This document shows, one piece after another, positions 1 to 11,214 of a stretch of DNA of 64,000 bases. A program made the position numbers and the translations under genes. This DNA comes from Octopus sinensis (Eukaryota), in assembly GCF_006345805.1 (NCBI RefSeq), contig NW_021832428.1:1-64000 (forward strand), given 5' to 3'. Every line of letters begins with the position of its first letter. The first letter of the stretch is position 1. Below the pieces are notes generated by a model, which made no database searches, was not told where the DNA came from, and worked only from the letters and a program-made list of their open reading frames with translations.

Positions 1-287
1 ACTTTCCCAGTTGATATTAAATTTTCTTTTTTCTTCATTCAAAGAACGTCGTCTTTTAACAGGTAATAACATAAATAAATTAAGCCGTTTATGATAATTA
101 CTTTTAATAGAGGTTAACCATTATATAAAAATAGAATTTTATTTATATGAATATTTTTAATTATTATTTAGGGTTTTTCTTGATTAATTAACACTATGAG
201 CATTATATTTAAGATTAATTGCTCGATGACCTAATTGTGCCCACGGCCGCACATTTATTGACTCACGGCCGCACTTGCGCACCCCTG
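1..287 (-). mobile_element. End of a hAT-like DNA transposon inserted into the RT ORF
   Basis: The minus strand starts CAGGGGTGCGCAAGTGCGGCCG at 287, with subterminal repeats CACGGCCGCAC at 242-252 and 264-274. The adjacent 8 bp ATCTAAAG resembles the NTCTAGAN hAT-Charlie target. The other end is not in the window. Confidence 0.5.
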
Positions 288-2200
288 CTTTAGATCATCC
301 ATAAACAGTAAGTGATTTGTTGTATATGTAATACAACCCTGATCTTGGTTATTAATCATCACTTTTGGGTACTTAGCATTCAGAATTCTACTAAGAGGAT
401 CCATCACCAGGGCAAAGATTTGAGGTGACAAGGAATCACCCTGGAGTATGCCTCTTTCCAATTTTACCTCTCCGATTTCATTATGATTCAGAATTAGCTT
501 TATTCTCCACTTCGTTACAAGGTTCTTCACAAAATTCACAATCCAGCTAGGGAGTCCGGAGTTTTCAAGCACCTGGAACAGAAAGTCGTGATCTACCGAA
601 TCGAACGCTTTCTTTACGTCAATCCAGGTAGAAAACAAATTATTTCCGTTTTGCTTGTGAATGCACCGGTTAAGAATTGCTTGTTCCTTTGCCCCTTGAC
701 ACATTCGCCGAGTTCCCAATTGATTATCGGCAATCAGATTATATGCCTCAATATAATCTCCCAACTTCCTGTTAACACATTTCGTTGCAAGCTTATATAG
801 GTTAGACATACAAGTAATTGGTCTCAAATCTTTGGGTCCTTGACAAATATCTTTCTTTGGGATGAGATATGTGATTCCAGTGTAGAACCACTCATCCGGT
901 ATGTATTCACCATGGATTATCTTGACTAGTTCTTCACACAAGTGATCATGGATTGAGGTCATTTTTTTAGAAAGAAATTATACACCCCATCACAACCGCT
1001 AGCTCTCCAGTTTGGGAGTTGTTTAATTGTTTCAAGGATGCTTTCTTTACTAAACTCTGCAAATGTATCCTCTGCCCATGTCACTCTCTTGTTAATATGT
1101 AACACATTATCGCTCTTCTCATTTCTACTCCATATTTTTTTCCAATATGAAAAACATTCACTGTTATTAAACATGAACTCTGCACTCTTTCTCTCATCAT
1201 TTAAACTGCGATAGAAACAACGCCGATTCAATTCAAAAAACCAATTCTGTTTCCGAAATTCTTTTCTTGCATCATGGAGTCGAAGTTTCTTCTCAACAAT
1301 CTTTATTTCGTCTCCAATGCAAGCAGAAATTCTTCCAAGTTCTCCTTTCTTTGCCTTTCGATATCCATATTCACTCAGCGTATCCCTCGTTGCATTATCA
1401 AACTTCAAACTTCCTTTTTGATCAATAAGTGTATTAGTCTGTTCGTATTGTTCTTTAAGTTTAATTAGTTTTGCTTCCATTATTCCTTTCCAGTTGTTAT
1501 TCTTAGGAGAGTATTTTGTGAGAGCTTGGTATGTCAGCTGTGCAGCATAAACGATATCGGTGATATCATTCAAATTGACAGGAGGGTTGGTCTTTATATA
1601 TTCATTAATCACTGCATTTATTCCAGACAATATTTCTTTTTTAAGTAGTTGATATGGGACTTTTTTGGTCGGCTTTCGTTTTTTTCTAGAGATAGATTTT
1701 ACTTGCCCTATTTGGGAAGAAAATTCAATTGAGCAATCTCTAAAATTAGAGATTTCAGTCTTGTGATTCTTTTCTTGATCCAATGGAGAGTTAGACTTTG
1801 TTCCCGTCATCTTAGCCAGACTCTTCACATTCGCCACAGATTTGGACGTGAGGAACTTTTCGTTAAAAGCCTGAGTAAACATAGGCCATCCACCACGTGG
1901 TATTCTTTTGAATCTTGCTCGAGAAACGTTAACCACTTCATTCGCCCATTTGATCATGTCCACCTGCGTTACTTGATCGATGATAGCCCGTAGAGTTAAC
2001 AGATTAGCAGGACAATCCGGTTGCGACACCGAATTTGGAGGGGGAATATCAGATTCTTGCGTTCCAAGCTGCCCACGGACCACACGATCTACGTTATTAT
2101 TGGTTTCTCTTTCATTATCTTACGTAGATAGGTCCATTGGAAATGTTTCATTAGACCCAGTAGAAACAAACATGCACGTAACAACCAATAATATTTTATA
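288..2200 (-). mobile_element. RLE-type (R4/NeSL-like) non-LTR retrotransposon, 5' region plus RT, disrupted
   Basis: ORFs 959-2083 and 255-962 join by a 1-nt frameshift in an A7 run. RT motifs are LRPITC, WIDVKKAFDSV, GILQGDSLSP and FMDDLK. The ORF is cut right after FMDDLK by the hAT-like end. Confidence 0.85.
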
Positions 2201-2399
2201 GTTGAAACATGAACTTACAATATAGATTAAGTATTTCTTTTTATATACAAATGACTGAATACATAAAATTATTTATATTCAAAAAAATCAGAAATTTTAT
2301 TTTTTTTAATTAATTTTCTTAACATTTCCCCAATTCGCATAATATTTTCATGATCATCTATATCTGCATTTACCTGAGAAGCATAAGTTTTAATAATCT

Positions 2400-3236
2400 C
2401 TAAAGCTCTGAAAGCTTCTGAGAGATCAACTTTTTTCTCATTTGATTCCTCTTCAATAATTGTTTCCTAAGTATAATTATAAATAAAATCACTAACTGAT
2501 TGAACTTTTTTTGACTGTAATGTACCAGCTTGTTCAGATTTGTCTAAAAATTCCATTAGCTCTTCATTTTCAGTATATCCGTAATCAACAAATTCACTAT
2601 AAGTTGGATCGTCAATTTGACCTTGGACTGAAATTTTCTTAACTTGACACCATTTCGTAATTTAAACTTTTCTAGCCACCCACGACTTTCTTTGAATTCT
2701 GGAAAATTTTTTCCAAATTTAAGAGCTTTTGCAATTAACATTGAATCTGATAGAATTGCTCCACTAGATTCCATTAAGTTAATCCATGTTATCATCGCTA
2801 CATCAATTTCATTAAATTTGAGTTTTGGAATTCTCGTTATGTTTAATTTTTTGATGTCAGTCCTATTCAAAAGGTCCGATTTTGATTTAAGGTCGTTTAT
2901 AGTTCTCGGAGAAATTTTCTTTTTTAACCGTGAAGAAAAAATCCTGGAAATTTGAGGTGAACGAATGGGTTGTCAGAAATATAACGTAGTATAGAAATTT
3001 TTTCGTTGATAGAAAGTCTAACACAACGACGCATCACAAAAATACAATTTAACGTGTAATGAGAATTTTAAAATGTTAATTAATTTAACTTACAATTAGA
3101 TAAAAAAATTATTTTTCATAATACTTGAGGAGCGGATTCGAGAAACAAGCGGATTCAAGAATCATTCATAGGAAATTTCAAATTTTTGATTAAAACAAGC
3201 GGATTCGAGAAGCAGCGGATTCGAGAGGTTTCACTG
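2400..3236 (-). mobile_element. pogo/Tigger DNA transposon remnant (CENP-B-type HTH)
   Basis: A TIR-like TA|CAGTGAAACCTC ends at 3236, with repeated GCGGATTCGAGA subterminal motifs at 3130-3226. ORF 2556-2870 contains FKESRGWLEKFKLRNG (Tc5 HTH). The second TIR was not found. Confidence 0.75.
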
Positions 3237-3269
3237 TAATTAAATTCACATTTTTGTTTGTTCATTTTA

Positions 3270-4130
3270 TTTAACCCAAGAATGTGTTAAAAGATTAATC
3301 AATGAAAAGGCCAGCGGCCGGACGGATTGCCAAACTGTTCCCCCGGATAACGGCGATCAAGAACTGTTGGAAAACCCAGTCCACCTTCCGAGGATCTTCA
3401 GTGCGCATTGAGATTTGTGTCTTGAGCTTGCGGAGGAATTTTTCCGTCTTTGAATTAAGAGCACCCGACGTCTCCACCGCTATCGACAACACGAAAAACT
3501 CATCCGAAATGGCAGAATATTTGGTTAGCTTTAAATCTTCAACCTGCTTAGCAGCAGATTTAGCCTCTAGAGCACACGAAGTTAAATGTGAAGCAGAAAA
3601 AGTGTCCCAGCAGGTTGCATCCCATACGAAGACTTTTCCGCCCTCAAAAGGGAAAAGGGTCATCCCAACAGAACGTTCCCGTCACCGCGGTCAAGACCCG
3701 GTGGTTCGAGGACCGAAGGAAATCCCGCCGAATTAAGGGCCCTCCGTATGATGTCATTCAAAGCAGAGTGTTTTGGAAACCATCCGGCACTCCTCCTGCA
3801 CGATAAAGGATGCAAACCGAAAGGCTCAACAGGGCAGCCACAACGATACACGTGCGGGACACATTGCCTTAGCTCGAGGCGCAGAGAGATTCCAATTTTT
3901 ACCGATTCATCGTCGAGGAGAGTGCCAGATGGGGCGTTCGGGAATGCTCGAGCAGCAGATTGAAAGTTTGCTTGCATCCTATTCGATCCCAGTTTCGTTG
4001 AGACATTTGATCTTCCGGAAAGTCAAGACCTTGTTTCCTCCAGACTTTGCTGAAATGAACCACATTTGTGTCCAAGGAAAATTCAGAAAAGGAGCGTAGA
4101 ATTTCCATGACAAGGGTGTGAATCACCAGC
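3270..4130 (-). mobile_element. CRE-clade non-LTR retrotransposon 3' part (Zn finger plus restriction-like endonuclease), degenerate
   Basis: Motifs GTLLDDESVKIGISLRL, CGC..HPLSC...HSALNDII, VWDATC, IAVETSG and IAVIRGN are present. There is a frameshift near 3676 and an internal deletion. Confidence 0.85.
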
Positions 4131-4399
4131 AGTTAAAAAAACATAAACTCTCAGCCACGGCGGCGAATCACGTAACAAGTATTGCAATGGATGTTGGGGC
4201 AATCAATAAGCGACTGAATGAAGAAAGTAGCCACCACGAGACATCAGTGGAACTTGTCAAACACACGAAAGCTGTATCCTGGCCTATGAATCTGGCAGAA
4301 AGAGGCGGATCGACAGCAAAGAAGAGATAATGAAGTTGAGATGTGTGTCAGCTTGTGGAATATTGAGTGAATATAAGAATGGGGGCCAACGGATATATT

Positions 4400-4960
4400 G
4401 TCCAGGATGAGTTTGGCAATGAAAATAGAGTGTTTGTTGTGGAGTACTCCTTTGGTGTCGCCACGGACTGTTCCGCCATTTCTATTGTCTTGTGAGGCAT
4501 CTCCTTCACTTCACAGTAAAAAACCGCCAAGTTGAAGAAAGGCCCTAGTCGGTTGAGGTTGTCGGGCTGCAGAGAGAACAGAGACAATTAATGTGCTTAC
4601 GAATAGGCCTCTAAGATTTGTATCACCTCCTCTACACATGTAAAATGGGAGATTTTCTTGGTGGGGTCGACTATTTCCGTCTTGTAGCAGAGATGGTCGT
4701 CGACTGTCTTGTAGTATTACACCCTAATCTCGGGTGAGTGAGATTGGTGGGGCAGTCCAACACAATACTGCAAACTTCTTCCCTCTCCTTCTCAATCATT
4801 CCATTTATCAGACATCTCGTCAATCGATTTCAGCAGTCGGTGTGACGTAGGTGGCATCCAATCAGTGTTTTGTAGGTAATTGAAACCAGGCATTTCTCCT
4901 CTTGCTCAATTCTCTACAATTCCTTTGTTAATCATCTTGACTGCTTCCGAAACAGAAACC
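4400..4960 (-). pseudogene. 14-3-3 pseudogene
   Basis: Segments EEKCLVSITYK, MIEKEREEVC, EIRV*YYKTVDDHLCYKTE and PDNLNRLGPFFNLAVFYCEV match 14-3-3 helices. There is an in-frame TAA, frameshifts, and a 34-nt GT-AG intron. Confidence 0.75.
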
Positions 4961-5520
4961 ACTGCGACACCGCTTGCCTAAAATTTTTTCTTATATGCTA
5001 TCCGTGGATTAGCACTGCTTGGATGGACGTAAATAATACACAATCTCCCTCTGCTTTAATAAATGTGGCATTCCAGCAAAAATATATGATTTAAACGACA
5101 ATGATGAAAAAAATAGTGTTCTATCTTTTTGTGAATAGAGACGGAGTAGGTTTAAAAGTATTACAAAGTGTTCTATCTCCTATATCGAAAGATTATTTGT
5201 TCAAGGCCCGACGAGAACATACATTCTGGCACTTGTAATGAAAAAGACACTAGAAAGCATAGGAATGGGAATTAATATGCCTAATAAAGAAGTCATTACG
5301 GCAGTTGTTTGCAATGACAAACTAATAATGCGAAAACCCCAGATGAAACAAATTGACAAATTATAAATGACTCTGAGCATGAAAGTAAATGTGGAAATAA
5401 TGAGTTATGGAGTCCCCTAAGATGAGAAAAATTTCCAAAAACTAGGATCAATAATTACTTAATTTCTTATTATTTTTGGTTTTGGATTTAGTTAATAAAG
5501 TTTTTAATTTATTTGTTGTC

Positions 5521-5563
5521 TAACCAATGAGTTATTCGCAATAAAATATTAGCTTTAATTAGA
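5521..5563 (+). promoter_or_regulatory. Conserved proximal upstream element of the LRR family (CCAAT-containing)
   Basis: TAACCAATGAGTTATTC(G/A)CAATAAAATATTAGC(T/C)TTAATTAGA-ATG precedes all four intact copies (5564, 7550, 45348, 62377). Confidence 0.45.
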
Positions 5564-6364
5564 ATGCTTTCACTTGTCCTACTTTTTGTTCACGTAGTGG
5601 TCCAAAGAGACTGTGATTTAACAGAAGAGTTTTTGAAAAATTGCTTATTTGAATTAGAGATTTGGAATACTGTGAATTCAATGGAGAAAATGCTGCAGGA
5701 CATAACACAAGAATTTACATTTATAGCAACGTTGTATTTCCAAATGGAGAAATATTCGCGAATTTAACAAACTTGGAGGATTTGTAATTAACATTTTATT
5801 AACACTAGTTACTGTAATGGAAACTCGCTAAAGAGAATACTAAACAACTCATTTGACGGGTTGAATCACCTAGACCATATGTACATTCAAATATTTTGAA
5901 TCACTAGATCACTGTATCGGTGTAGTGACCTTCGTTACGTGAACGTAGATGCATTTGCACGTCTAGTCGCATTTTCAACTCTGTACAAATCTTATTCTAA
6001 CATTAAAGTTACATGCCACCAAATACCATTTTCCAGAGGCCAAAAATCAGTCGTCCCCTCTACATGAAGTATTTTAACTTACTGACTTTGTAGTATTAAT
6101 GACGGCCAGAAAATGTGCATATTCACAAATGGGTCCCAACCCATAATGTATACTTATATATTCAAATATAAGGATTACAACATTGACATATAAGCTAAAT
6201 ATCAAATTAACTGATAAAAGTGTAGAAATGGATCCATTTACAACTCCAGACGCAACACTAATCACTGAGGAAGCCTACGGTGTGTTATTTTACTCACAAT
6301 AGATTGCAACCTCTGCCGATATCCCGGATCAAGCAATCTTCTATGCTGGAAGGATTGCTTTTGA
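5564..6364 (+). CDS. Secreted variable LRR protein, copy 1 (8 exons, 206 aa)
   Basis: GT-AG introns at 5629-57, 5784-5808, 5881-5907, 5983-6008, 6069-93, 6148-72 and 6280-6302 give an open frame: signal peptide MLSLVLLFVHVVVQ, LRRs FANLTNLEDFYCNGNSLKRILNNSFDGLNHLDHISLYRCSDLRYVNVDAFARL, and Cys cap DCNLCRYP..LLCWKDCF*. Confidence 0.85.
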
Positions 6365-7110
6365 CCTACATTTCGGATGTTACTAATTGACTAACCTAAT
6401 TATTTGCTTTAATATTTCCTTGTTCCTCTTTTGCGACACCACTTGCCAAAAATTCTTTTTTAGATGCTATTAATGGATTAGCACAGCTTAGATGGATGTG
6501 AAATAAAACACAATCTTCCCCTGCTTTAATAAGTGTGGCGTTCCTGTAAAAATATAATTTACACAACAATCATGCAAACAATTTAGTGTTCATATCCCTC
6601 ATGAATAAACTAGTCGGTAATCACGTGACAGAAGAAGAATTTGTCAACTTGGACTTTTAACTACCCACTGAAAATCTCAATGAATAGGAATCATTCCCCG
6701 TTGGCCAATACAAACAGTCTCAGCTTCTGAAGATAATGACGATGACTCAGATAAGCAAACAGGCCAGAAAATATAGAGAAATTACTACGCACAAATGTTC
6801 AAAAAATGCTAAATCTGCCACTTTGTTTGCATTCAAGACCCTGCATTACTCGATCCCGTCGACAGACTGATCTATCCAAAAAATAAAACGATTGCTAAAT
6901 CGAGGCTAAAAACGAGCCAATCCTTATTGACAAATTTTTATTAATATCACTTTGTCGTTATAAGTAAATTTGATGTGCAATATACCGGTCTCCTCTCTAT
7001 AGGAATCGGTTTAGAGTGATTTGATTGTATATAATAAAATTATTTGTCACCCTTCGTCCCCTTTGTCGTATATTTATTTTGAAGGAATAATAATTAAGTA
7101 ATAATGAAAT

Positions 7111-7289
7111 GAGAGATTCCAATTTTTACCGATTCATCGTCGAGGAGAGTGCCAGATGGGACGTTCGGGAATGCTCGAGCAGCAGATTGAAAGTTTGCTT
7201 GCATCCTATTCGATCCCAGTTTCGTTGAGACATTTGATCTTCCGGAAAGTCAAGACCTTGTTTCCTCCAGACTTTGCTAAAATGAACCA
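7111..7289 (-). repeat. Copy of CRE retrotransposon segment 3884-4062 at a duplication junction
   Basis: About 178 nt match with 2 substitutions. It is joined by 2-nt microhomologies to 7112 and to a copy of sequence starting at 5302. Confidence 0.9.
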
Positions 7290-7549
7290 GTTGTTTGCAA
7301 TGACAAACTAATAATGCGAAAACCCCAGATGAAACAAATTGACAAATTATAAATGACTCTGAGCATGAAAGTAAATGTGGAAATAATGAGTTATGGAGTC
7401 CCCTAAGATGAGAAAAATTTCCAAAAACTAGGATCAATAATTACTTAATTTCTTATTATTTTCGGTTTTGGATTTAGTTAATAAAGTTTTTAATTTATTT
7501 GTTGTCTAACCAATGAGTTATTCGCAATAAAATATTAGCTTTAATTAGA

Positions 7550-8338
7550 ATGCTTTCACTTGTCCTACTTTTTGTTCACGTAGTGGTCCAAAGAGACTGT
7601 GATTTAACAGAAGAGTTTTTGAAAAATTTCTTATTTGAATTAGAGATTTGCAAAACTGTGAATTCAATGGAGTAAATGCTGCAGGACATAACACAAGAAT
7701 TTTCATTTTGAGCAACGTTGCACTTCCAAATGGAGAAATATTCTCGAATTTAACGAACTTGGAGAAATTGTAATCAACATTTTATTAATACTAGTTACTG
7801 TGAGGGAGACTCGCTAAAGAGAATACTAAACAACTCATTTGACGGGTTGAAATACCTATACTATATGTACATTCAAATATTTTGAATCACTAGAGAACTG
7901 TATTACTGTAGTGACCTTCGTTACGTGAACGTAGATGCCTTTGCACGTTTAGTCGCATTATCATATCTGTACAAATCTTATTCTAACATTAAAGTTACAT
8001 GCCATCAAATACCATTTTCCAGAAGCCAAAAATCAGTCGTCCCCTCAAAATAGGGTATTTTAACTTACTGACTTTGTAGAATTTATCCAGGCCAGAAAAT
8101 GTGCATATTCACAAATGGGTCCCAACCCATAATGTATACTTATATATTCAAATATAAGGATTACAACATTGACATATAAGCTAAATATCAAATTAACTGA
8201 TAAAAGTGTAGAAATAAATCGAGACGCAACACTAATCAGTGAGGAAGCCTATGGTGTGTTATTTTACTCACAATAGATTGCAACCTCTGCCGATATCCCG
8301 CATCAAGCAATCTTCTATGCCGGAAGGATTGCTTTTGA
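7550..8338 (+). CDS. Secreted variable LRR protein, copy 2 (8 exons, 202 aa)
   Basis: Introns at 7615-43, 7770-94, 7867-93, 7969-94, 8055-79, 8134-58 and 8254-76 (23-29 nt, phases 2,2,2,2,2,2,1). The spliced frame is open for 609 nt to TGA. Confidence 0.85.
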
Positions 8339-8594
8339 CTTACATTTCGGATGTTACTAATTGACTAACCTAATTATTTGCTTTAATATTTCCTTGTTCC
8401 TCTTTTGCGACACCACTTGCCAAAAATTCTTTTTTAGATGCTATTCATGGATTAGCACAGCTTGGATGGATGTGAAATAAAACACAATCTTCCCCTGCTT
8501 TAATAAGTGTGGCGTTCCTGTAAAAATGTAATTTACACAACAATCATGCAAACAATTTAGTGTTCATATCCCTCATGAATAAACTAGTCGTATT

Positions 8595-9400
8595 TGTACG
8601 ACTGTGAGTTCAATGGAGAACATGCTGCGAGACATACAACAACAATTAAAATTACGAGAAACTTTACATTTTCATATGAAGAAATATTCTCGAATTTAAC
8701 AAACTTGGAGACATTGTGATCAACATTTTATTAACACTAGTCAATGTGATGGAGACTCGCCAAAGAGAATACTAAACAACTCATTTTATGGCTTGATTTA
8801 CCTACACTATATGTACATTCAAATATTTTGAATCATTTGATCACTTTAGTAAACTTCGTTACGTGAATGTAGATGCCTTTGAACGTTTAGTCGCATTATC
8901 ATCTCTGTACAAATCTTATTCTAACATTAAAGTTACATACCATCAAATTCCATTTTCCAGTCGCGTTTAATTTAAGAACAATCGTCCCCTCAACCTTCTG
9001 TATTTTAAATTACTGAGTGTATAGTATTATTGATGGCCAGAAAATGTGTATATTCACGAATGGGGCGCTACCCATAATGAATACTTGGATATTCACCTAT
9101 AAGGATTACGAGATTGCCGATCAGTACTTATTCGTTCGCCACCTTGTTATTAACTAACAAAAGTGTGAATATAAAACCAGATATATTTTTCCAAGCAATA
9201 CTAAAATTGGAGCGAGCAGATGATAGATTAGTTTACTCATAATAGATTGCAACCTCTGCTACCATCCCACCCCAATAAACATGATATGCAAAAAGGATCG
9301 TGATCAATCAAAAATTCGAATATCAGTTATTAACTAACCTAGTTATTTGTTCTAATATTTCCTTGTTCTACTTCTTATGTGTTGTTACATGGAGTAGTCA
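8595..9400 (+). pseudogene. Variable LRR family copy 3, 5'-truncated pseudogene
   Basis: It starts inside exon 2. The intron-3 acceptor is mutated, exon 4 has a deletion, exon 5 has a stop, and the intron-6 donor is GT->GA. Confidence 0.8.
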
Positions 9401-9434
9401 CAGTCAAAGATACATGATCTCTTACAAATATATG

Positions 9435-10811
9435 TCACAGGCGCTGTGAGCGACCGAGCGCAGCGAGCGACTTTGACTACAAATAAAAATATATGATGAT
9501 AAATAATATAGCCCAACCTGTACAGTAATCGTATATATCTTTTGGTGTGGATGCCACATTCGAGTACAATCAGTGTCCTCCACCACCACACAGCTTACGT
9601 TGACACTAATTGTGGGGAGGACACTCGAATAATTAAGGAGTATCAGATTGTACTCATTACTTGAAACCCTCGACAACACAATAGTCTCCGAATTAGTACT
9701 GCACTCCACATCTACTCCCCCACTCACACTCAATCGGTCTATTACAGTTGTCTCCTTTCTCACATCTAACACAGGAAAAATCACAGCATTCGCCCATTTC
9801 AATGTGACATTCTTCTCTTTAATCGTATCCACTTGGATTGTATACACTCCCACTCTGTTGTTGGTGTAGTTCACATCCACATCAAATACATCATTCAACA
9901 CTTTATATGTGCCGACCGGTGTAATCTCTCCACTATCCGTCAAAGAATATATTCCGTTGATGGTTGTATGTGAATACGTTGGCATTCCGTATTTTGCAAT
10001 CTCCTCGTCCGTGGGTTGGATTTTGATCAAATGTTTTCCGCTTATCGGGACTTTTTTGAGGATGACGTCGTAGAACTGAATGGGAGTGTTGCGGGAGGAG
10101 TTGAATGTGATGGCAATGTCCATGAATGACCAGTAGCGTATGTCGAGTTGGTCAAAGGCAATGACTCGCAGGTTAATGGGGAAGAGGGGAGTAAGGGAGG
10201 AGTGGCATACAAGAGTGGGGGATGATTTGTTATTTGTGAGGGAGAACTGACTATCCCCCACCACTTCATACCATGTCTGTCCATTCACCCCCGAGTCTTT
10301 ATCCACAGCTTTCGGGAAGTGGATAATTAACCCAGTTGATAATCCTCCCAGTGTTATGTTCCGTTTATTTCTTGGGAATATTGGGGGGTTGTCATTTATG
10401 TCCAGGACCTATCACTTTAGTTCACCAGTTCTTACTGTTATATATATTTCGACTGTGTATGATTTGTAATCTTTTAGAAGTGTGATTTCTAAGAATATAA
10501 CACCATATTTAAATCCAGAACGAGGTCCGTCGTAGTCTATTCGATCAAGCACCTAATTTAATTAAGTTATATTCATTTAACCATTATTTCTCCAAATATA
10601 TTAGCCGAGAAATACACATTTGAATACTTAATATCTGTGTAGTATCCACATTGCACACCAGTCCCTTGGCAGAAGTTGTATACGACAGTGCCAACAGGAA
10701 TCTCTTCTTTTATTGTCTTGTATAGTTTTATTCTCTCAGAGTGAATGAAAGTGGCGAGTAAAGTGAGTAGTAGAGTATTCTATATAAGTTAGTGTTTACA
10801 CTGCCAACCAT
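9435..10811 (-). CDS. Protocadherin-like gene copy B, 3'-truncated (about four EC repeats, no TM)
   Basis: It has an ATG-only first exon and 29/29/27-nt introns, signal peptide MNTLLLTLLATFIHS, and EEIPVGT, RIDYD, VLDINDNPPIF and AVDKDSG. Homology to copy A stops inside intron 4 at about 9478. Confidence 0.75.
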
Positions 10812-10893
10812 TAAGGAGGATTAGCATCGCCGGAATATTTGTTTATATACTGTTTAATAACCCGGGAATCGTAGTTTGAGATTTATTTTGACC

Positions 10894-11214
10894 AATCTGA
10901 TTCATTCCGGGTGGTGGAGTACTTATTGGAATTCCACTGTTATCACTTCGGCTAAAGGAAGGCTCCATGCATCTAATGTGGAACCTGAATTGACGCCCTC
11001 ATCAGTGATCTCACTGCGTAACCGGATGTCTTCATCGGCCACACTACAAAAAAAGGGGACAAGATGAAGCGGAGACACATTCATTTGAATTAGTTAGTTT
11101 CTTGATAACATGTTCTCTTTCTGTCTTGATCTTTATAAAAAAAGTGTGGCCGAATAGCGAGATGTCAACATGTTGTTTAAATCTTGCGGCATGGCTAATC
11201 ACGATTAAATCTGA
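10894..11214. mobile_element. About 307-bp insertion flanked by AATCTGA direct repeats in the cadherin B upstream region
   Basis: It is absent from the paralogous upstream regions at about 36180 and 40790. AATCTGA occurs at 10894-10900 and 11208-11214. No TIRs were seen. Confidence 0.45.

Larger units (their letters stand above)
4714..7112 (+). repeat. Segmental duplication, inverted mate at 60827-63250
   Basis: A continuous reverse-complement match covers the 14-3-3 fragment, spacer, LRR gene and 3' flank, ending in HSBP1 upstream sequence. Confidence 0.9.

Noticed and set aside
955-970. Programmed -1 frameshift at A AAA AAA TGA joining the two retrotransposon ORFs
   Set aside because: It falls in the middle of a normally continuous RT-flanking region of an element already disrupted by insertion. 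A 1-nt homopolymer deletion is simpler.
5564-6364. Stop-codon reassignment or mass pseudogenisation of the 1.3-kb repeat family
   Set aside because: All apparent in-frame stops fall inside GT-AG micro-introns or arise from the wrong frame. Conserved genes end in ordinary TAA/TAG/TGA.
9451-9467. 17-nt match (from memory) to ColE1/pUC origin-adjacent sequence CTCGCTGCGCTCGGTCG
   Set aside because: The flanks do not continue the match and the motif is low-complexity GC-rich. It is insufficient for vector contamination.
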